Assembly: GCF_009914755.1 (NCBI RefSeq)
Contig: NC_060941.1
Source of the DNA: the human T2T-CHM13v2.0 reference genome, Homo sapiens
Reading direction: 5' to 3' (one strand)
DNA length: 64,000 nt
Shown here: positions 56,474 to 64,000 of the stretch, one piece after another
How positions within the stretch are numbered: the stretch's first letter is position 1
Layout: the number at the start of each line of letters is the position of its first letter
The notes under the pieces: generated by a model
Seen by the model: the letters and a program-made list of their open reading frames with translations, nothing else
The model's database searches: none
Told to the model about the DNA's origin: nothing
Translations under genes and position numbers: made by a program

Positions 56474-57871
56474 GACAGATGATCCTGTTCCTGCAGGACT
56501 GAAGAAGCCTCAGTTCAGATGCTGCTGGGGCTCCTGGGACAAGCACAGCCCGAGACACACTTGCTTCATAAACTGTATTTCAGTACTTTTCCTCCCCCTT
56601 GTCCCTAGTTTCTAATTTCTCAGTGGACAAATGGACAAACCATCTCTGTTTGAATTTGAATACACAGATACATGCAAGATATCTTACAAGAAACAATGCA
56701 CATCCTTCTACTTTCTCTTTCAGCTCTGCTGACAAGCTCAATCACGGTGTCATTTTACTGCCACCACGCCCGAAAGTACACCAAATGTAAAGCAGAGGCA
56801 GACGAGACAAGATGCAGGCTCCACCAGAGGCCACTCCAGCTTCGCGACCAACACCCTTGGCTGCCAGGCAGCGGTAGCCAGGCAATGGGATAGAAGGCAA
56901 AGAAAATACGAGGGACAGAACCCATCAGACACCGGCAGACACTGCATTTACTCCAGACTGAGATGACAGACACACCGTATGAGCTGCAGCACAACTCTCC
57001 TCCGCTGCGCCCACTGCCAGCCACCAGCAGACACCAAGGCACCCAGAGGAGCCAGGCACACAGGGCGGGCAGCAACATAAACGGCACCCATTAAAAAGCA
57101 AGACTCGCTCTTGAGACTAAAGGAGAAGTTACCTAAATTTCTGTATAAACTCAGTAATTCATTCACTTTACTAGTATTACATTTATGAAATTCACCTTTG
57201 TGGAAAAAGGAGCGGGAGAGGGATAAGAAAATGCCTGTTTCTAGAAAACCGCGAGATGCTTCCACGTGCAGCTTGATGCTGTTACCTGCAGAACAGACAC
57301 GCTTGAAAACGCGACGTAGTGTCCGTACTTCCGAAGCTAGGAGGCTGCTTCACAGCCGCTGAGAAAATGGAGGTGAAGAGTTCCATACTCTCCGTATTTT
57401 AACACTAAAACACCAACAGAAAGGCATCTGCAAGGCCCTCTGTCCCGCACACTACACCTCTGTGTCCAGCTTACTGCTTTCATGGACCCATAATCTTACA
57501 GCAGGTAGGGGCCTTTCCACACCGAGTGCTGGGGAACGCCAGGCAGCGGTCACTCTGTGCTGTGAGGCCCCCGTTGCACCCCCATGTCATGACACAAGAG
57601 ATGTTCTGGTGACGGGTGTACGCTGCTCCTCCCACCCAGAGCACACCCCTCATCTCATCCATCTTCAAAGCAGCTCCAGGAGCCTCCCCGTCCGTGTGGT
57701 CCATCCCGACCCGATGGGTCCCAGGTGCAGAGGGGCCACATCTGCATGGGAGGTGGTGTCACCAGGCCGGGGAGGCGGCGGGAGACTTGGGGGAGGGGGG
57801 GGCCAGGGAGGATCACTTTGTGAGGCTTGCCAATGCATTGCCTTTGTTTTTCTGACCAGCTGCAGATAAGG

Positions 57872-57914
57872 CTACTCGTATTCCAGGAACTGTTTGTGAT
57901 AGAACAGCAAGTAC
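57872..57914 (-). CDS. USP22: USP22 last coding exon (YLLFYHKQFLEYE*)
   Basis: Acceptor ctccacag|G TAC TTG; TAG at 57872-57874. Confidence 0.97.
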
Positions 57915-58460
57915 CTGTGGAGGCAGAGAGAGGGAGGAGGCTCACCTCTAACTCCTAAGACAGGAGCCAGAACAACCCACCCTACACAAAAGCCTACGTG
58001 CTCTGCGCTCTGCACAGGTCGGCCAGGCCCGAGTTGATGGTTTTGGCTTTTTAGTCCGCAAGGAGGAAAGAGTGCTTCACTGGCTGGTGGCACTGGCCCT
58101 GCCCATCTCTGCAGCCCGACCACCACCCCCACCTGCCACGAGGTCACCCATTGCCTCACCCAACCTCCCACAGCCTCTCCCCCACTTGTGACAGCCCCAC
58201 CCTTGTGCAGAGCCCACTGTTTTCAAGTGGCTCCGTCCAGATCCACCTCATCGCCCTGAAGGCTGTCCTTTATCCCAGATTCTTCCAAATAAAACCTCTC
58301 AAGAGGGCTTGGCTTCCGTGTTGCTCAGAATGTGAAGTGCAAAGCCCTCAGGGAGTTCATGGCAGCTGGGGTCCCCCTGACCCCTGGAGGGTCAACAGGT
58401 TTCTCTATGCCATGAAGGAATGAAACTGGAAAGGAGAGGAGCTGATAAAGAACTGATGTG

Positions 58461-58776
<316 letters not shown>

Positions 58777-59042
58777 TCAGTTCACGCAGTTAAAAAACAA
58801 CTGCTCTGATGTTCTCTGTGCTAAGGGAATGCCTCCAGAGAGGGCCTTTGCTCAGGCACCTCTTCTCCCACCTGAGCACCCATCGAGGCTGGCATCCTAT
58901 CCAGAACAGGCTTCATTACTTCGGCAAATGAAGGTCAACACCTTCGAGTGGTTCTAGGCTCAGACATGGGCTAGTCTCAGCTATACCGGAGGGGAAGCAC
59001 CGTAGCCACCGTAGGGCCTTCCTCCCACCCCACAGGACGCAC

Positions 59043-59192
59043 CCTTCGCTGTCCAGGACGTCCTTGATGCTGGCCTTGGTGATGATGGCATCGTCACACT
59101 TGAACCACTGGTCTTTGTGCTGCCGGATAAAGCTGGTGTAGTGGCCACTCTCCAAGGTCCCTTGATGGTTAACAACAGCAAACAGGGAATAC
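59043..59192 (-). CDS. USP22: USP22 exon with USP His box
   Basis: [50 protein letters not shown]; ctag/gtgcgt splice sites; 150 bp. Confidence 0.97.
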
Positions 59193-59609
59193 CTAGTGCA
59201 GGAGCAAAGGAGAGGGAGGGCGCAGGTGACTTGATGCCGTCACTTGAGGTCATCACCATCAGAAACCAGGCAGCCCAGGCAGGGAGCGGGAGGCCTGTGG
59301 GCCTGTCAACCCCCAGGGCCTCAGGCTGATGCACAGGAGGCTGCAGGAACTAAGGGAGCCTGGTCACCCCCCTTGGCTCTAGCCCGGGTCCAGGCGCTTC
59401 CTGGAACTCCATCTAGTGGGAGTGGTGACTGCAGTCAGCAGTGGGGATCCTGGAACACCCCAGCCTTTCATACTTTCTACAACCCCAAGGCAAGAAGAAT
59501 GAACACCGAGCTTTCCAGATGGAACCTCCCTCCTGCCAGAGGCCAAGAGTGGGGCTGGGCTCCTCCAACAGGAGGGAGCATTTGTGGCACCACGTGGAGC
59601 GGCCTTTCC

Positions 59610-59653
59610 TAGTGGAGCTGCGGGCAGCCAATAGTGGAGCTGCGGGCAGCCAA
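59610..59653. repeat. Perfect 22-bp tandem duplication in a USP22 intron
   Basis: tagtggagctgcgggcagccaa x2. Confidence 0.9.
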
Positions 59654-59768
59654 GCGGGAAGCAGGTCAGTGGCGGGGGATCCGCTGGGCGCCCTACAAGG
59701 CAGACAGGAGCCCACCCCCAGCTCTTGGCCAGAGGCCCTGGACACCCACACCGCTAAGCACCACTTAC

Positions 59769-59831
59769 TTGTTGTCATTGTTGAGACTGTCCGTGGGCTG
59801 CTGGTACTGTCCATTCATCCTGCTCTCTTTG
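59769..59831 (-). CDS. USP22: USP22 exon (SKESRMNGQYQQPTDSLNNDNK)
   Basis: ttacag/gtaagt splice sites; 63 bp. Confidence 0.96.
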
Positions 59832-60589
59832 CTGTAACAGACAACGGCAGGATTCAGCATCATTAAAATCATCAGGCCCAGAGACACAAGGCTCTCGTGA
59901 AACCAACACTTATCCAAGCTTGACCATGCAGATGCTGCACCGAGGTGCACTTTATGCTTCAGGCAGAAATCTCCCCATGTTTCGTGAGGACACTGACGCT
60001 CAAGCTGTGGAGGCCCCTGCCTCAGAGCACACCTGGGTCCTGAGGCCACCTGGCGTGGCCCCTGGTTCTTCCAAGGTGGGTCCTGAATAGGGCTGGTAAT
60101 GGGAGCTGGATCTGGAGGAATGTGAGTTTGGTTTGTGACAAAGCAGATGGTGAAGGTGCTCTTCCTCCCACATGTAAAGGGTTAGCTTGAAAGGGTACGC
60201 TGAATCCATTCTACAACCTAGGCAGGTGCCTCCTCAAAAGGGACAAAGATTGCTGCTCATTATTTCATGACCAGCACCTCCCCTGGTGAGATGGGGGAGA
60301 GGAGTGCTGGGAACAGGAAGCCATGCACATTATTTACTGCATTTTCCTACAGCTGTGTTTGGCAGGAAACACCAAGATCTTTGAGACCCTGACCTTAGAA
60401 CAGTACTGTCACCTCCCTCAGTACGTGACCATCGTGGTCAGACTGATGATATGGAGCTCTGACTCTGGTCTTGTTTTATTCAGGAGGTCATCTGTGTGCC
60501 ACAGGGGTGGGACAGCCATGAGAGGACACCAGGAAGAGGCCGCTAACTACCAAAAAGCAACATGCTTTCCACGGTGCTGGGGCTGGGAC

Positions 60590-61030
60590 TGTGGCCACCA
60601 AAAAATAACACCCTGCAAATAACAACATCCACGTCTCAACCCTCAGAACCTGAGACTGGGACCTCATTTGTAAAACCAGTCTTTGCAGAGACTCAAAGTA
60701 AAGATGTTGAGATGAGATCCTCCTGGATGATCTGCCTAGGTCCTAAAGCCAATGACCACGGTCATGACAGAGAAGCAGAGGGAACTGGACACAGAGTCAG
60801 GGGAGCTGGCCATGTGACCCGGAAGCCAGGGGAGTGACAGCCACAGAAGGAACACGTGGAACCACCAGCAGCTGGAGGCGGTGAGGAATGGAATCCCCAA
60901 GACCCTTGTAGGACATGGAGCCCTGCCAACACCTTGATTTCAGATTTCCAACCTCTAGAACTGTGAGGAAATTAATTTTAAGCCGCCAGGTTTTTGGTCA
61001 TTTGTCACAGAACCACAGGAAACTCCTATG
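60590..61030 (+). mobile_element. MLT1 LTR in a USP22 intron
   Basis: gagatgagatcctcctggat...ccctgccaacaccttgatttcagatttccaacctctagaactgtgag. Confidence 0.7.
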
Positions 61031-61336
61031 TGTCTCATGCATTAGTAAGCAGCTGAATTCCAAGTACCCCAGAATAGGCAGATTTGAAAAGGAAAATGCA
61101 ATCTACAACTGCAAAACCAACTATGTCTGCCTGTACTTCAACATCTGTTCCACGAACTAAAATGTTGCCTTCTCGCTGTGATCCCACCTTGAGGACTTTG
61201 CCGGTTTGAAAGTGGATTGATAATTGTTGAGAAATTCAAAACAAAAACAGGGTATCTGATGAAAAACAACTCATTAACATGTGCTGTATCTTAAGATCAG
61301 GATAAACAGATTTGGGGAAGGTGGGGTTTATATTAG

Positions 61337-61643
<307 letters not shown>

Positions 61644-61736
61644 AACAGTCATCTTAATAGGAGCTCCGAGCTGGATTCCTGTCCTGATAGGATCACAGCC
61701 CCTCAGGACACAGAACGGGCCTACAACCCCACATAC

Positions 61737-61828
61737 CTGGAGGCCATGAAAGGGGTCATGTCCAGCTCCAGGGGGAAGGACACATACGTGGTGATCTTCC
61801 GCCGCAGCTTGGCTGAGTGTTCAAATCG
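61737..61828 (-). CDS. USP22: USP22 exon (RFEHSAKLRRKITTYVSFPLELDMTPFMAS)
   Basis: ctgcag/gtatgt splice sites; 92 bp. Confidence 0.97.
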
Positions 61829-62710
61829 CTGCAGAAATAGGAAGGGGACAGAGGGAAGAGGAAAGAAGATCAGAAATGTCACTGGAAGCTTCAGGGCCTT
61901 CTTCTGATGACAGGTGTCTGTGTTATCTCTTTTGTATTTTATTGAACTGCCTTGTAGCTACATCTAGAATTACAGATTCAAAAACACAGTGGCAATCCAC
62001 CCAAGTCCTCATTTACAGGGTTCAAGTCTTCAAATGATGGGACTGTTCAGTGGTAACACCAAGGGTACAAAAAGTAATCTTACAGCAAACCCAGCAAAGC
62101 ACAGAAAACAAAACAAAGATCCGTGGCCCATGGCAGCAAAAATGAACAAATTGTTCCTTTCACCAGACAGAAGACAGTCCTTTGCCTAGATCAGGAGTCA
62201 CCCATTCCAGCCAGCAAGCTAGGAATGGGCGTTTTCCATGTTTAAAGGGTGGTGAAATGAAACAAAGAACATGTAACAGAGAATCGTATGATCGCACGCA
62301 GCCTGTGGAGCTCGACATCTTCAGTTATCTGGGCCTTTAGAGAAAGAGCTTGCCAACTCCTGGACCAGATCTGCATGCTGAGGGCCTTTGTCTTAAAATA
62401 AAACAGAAAACCTGAGGAGGGGGTAGCTGGAGGAATGGTAGAAGTAATAAAAACTTCACAACCACTCTGCTCCCAAGAAAACTCACATTCTACTTTCACT
62501 GCGAAGCCACTGATTTTGTTTACCGCAGCACAGACAAAAGGACAATTCACAGATGGGAGGACAATTCCCTCACACCCTCCCTTCCTCGGTGTTCTTCCTG
62601 CTTGCTGCAATTATAAAAAATGTAACTGCACAGCAAACCAAAAGGCTGAGGACCGTACTGTGGACTAAAAACTAAGTCTGCCATTAGAGTTGGCTTTCTG
62701 GAAAACTTAC

Positions 62711-62837
62711 TTTGAGATGAAAACAGGCTACGATGGGCAGTTTCTTCATAGTGAGCTGCTTTGTGGACTCCTGGTAGCTATGGCAACCGCTGCACTTGAT
62801 CTTGGCGCTGCTGCCCAAGTGCTCTGGTCTGGTGAAT
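62711..62837 (-). CDS. USP22: USP22 exon ([42 protein letters not shown])
   Basis: ctgtag/gtaagt splice sites; 127 bp; the frame is continuous with downstream exons. Confidence 0.97.
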
Positions 62838-63089
62838 CTACAGGCGTTCAAAAAAGACAGGAGCGGTAAGGGAGATGCAAGAGACAGAAAAATGAGAGGA
62901 AAGAGGTATTTTATCTCTTTCATTGGGTTGATTTCCCTACCAAAAACATACACTTACAACTAAAAATGAAACAATGAAAAAAAGAGAAAATGTTGTCCAC
63001 CTTTGCTGCCTGTCTCTACAGAATATTTATCTTAAATATTTTTTTTCCAGGAAAGGCCTGGGGAAATGGTAATAATTTTCTAAGTACCA

Positions 63090-63630
63090 TATGACCCAGC
63101 AGTTGAATTTGAGCCAGAGAAATGAAAACTAATGTTCACACACAAACTGTCCACAAATGTGCACCAGAATGTTACTCACGAGAGTCACAAAACTGGAAAC
63201 ACCCCGTTTCTTCCCATGGCTGAATAATTAAAGAAACTGTGGAACACTGTACCATGGAGTATGAGACAGCAGCAAAAAAGGAAGGAACTACTGATCCCAA
63301 GCTGTACCCTGGATGCGTCCCCAGAGAATTAGGATGTGCAAGAAAAGCCAATCTCAAAGGGTTCCGTTATATCATTCAGTTGACATGACATTCTGGAATT
63401 GTCAGGCGTATGGAAATGCAGGAGTCCAGGGTGACTGCGGTTACAGAGTGGGTGGTGAGGGAGGAGGCACTGGAGATGCTGGGTACTTTCCGCATGAATG
63501 TCTGAATCCTGGCCAGGGCGTCGCACCACAGTGCTGAGGAGGTCACCATCGGGGGACCGGGGTAAAGGGTACCTAAAGGCTTCTTACAACTGCATGTGAA
63601 TCTACAATGATCTCAACATAAGCAGTTTAA
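63090..63630 (+). mobile_element. Old L1M 3' fragment
   Basis: catatgacccagcagtt...agagaaatgaaaactaatgttcacacacaaac...gtgaatctacaat. Confidence 0.65.
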
Positions 63631-63648
63631 TGTAGAGAGGTGAGAGGT

Positions 63649-63957
<309 letters not shown>

Positions 63958-64000
63958 GGCAAGAGGACTGGGAAAGGTAATTTCCTGACCGTGCAGAGGC

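Noticed and set aside
56755-57087. ORF with a signal-peptide-like N-terminus in the USP22 3'UTR
   Set aside because: Lies inside the UTR with no homology or independent support; the hydrophobicity follows from UG-rich composition.

Overview
Human (primate) genomic DNA, placed at 17p11.2 by the 3' end of USP22. USP22 lies on the minus strand: last five coding exons at 57872-62837 and a ~3.4 kb 3'UTR ending near 54437. The rest of the window is a segmental-duplication mosaic of unprocessed gene fragments, all on the plus strand. In order: two SPECC1 pseudo-exons (11494-11639, 13117-13217); a TNFRSF13B/TACI promoter, exon 1 and exon 2 (24250-36443); a human-specific MAST2-SVA (SVA_F1) retrotransposon with a 3' transduction and a 14-bp TSD (38718-41477); and five TBC1D26/TBC1D3-family pseudo-exons (49133-51476). 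These are followed by an ERV-L pol/integrase/dUTPase remnant that also resembles the TBC1D3/USP6 C-terminal coding sequence. The mosaic ends at a plus-strand AATAAA 35 bp from the distal USP22 poly(A) signal. Intervening sequence is rich in Alu, L1 and MLT1 elements. No rRNA, tRNA or CRISPR was seen. Parent-gene assignments rest on my recall of the protein and exon sequences and need BLAST confirmation; old-repeat boundaries are approximate.
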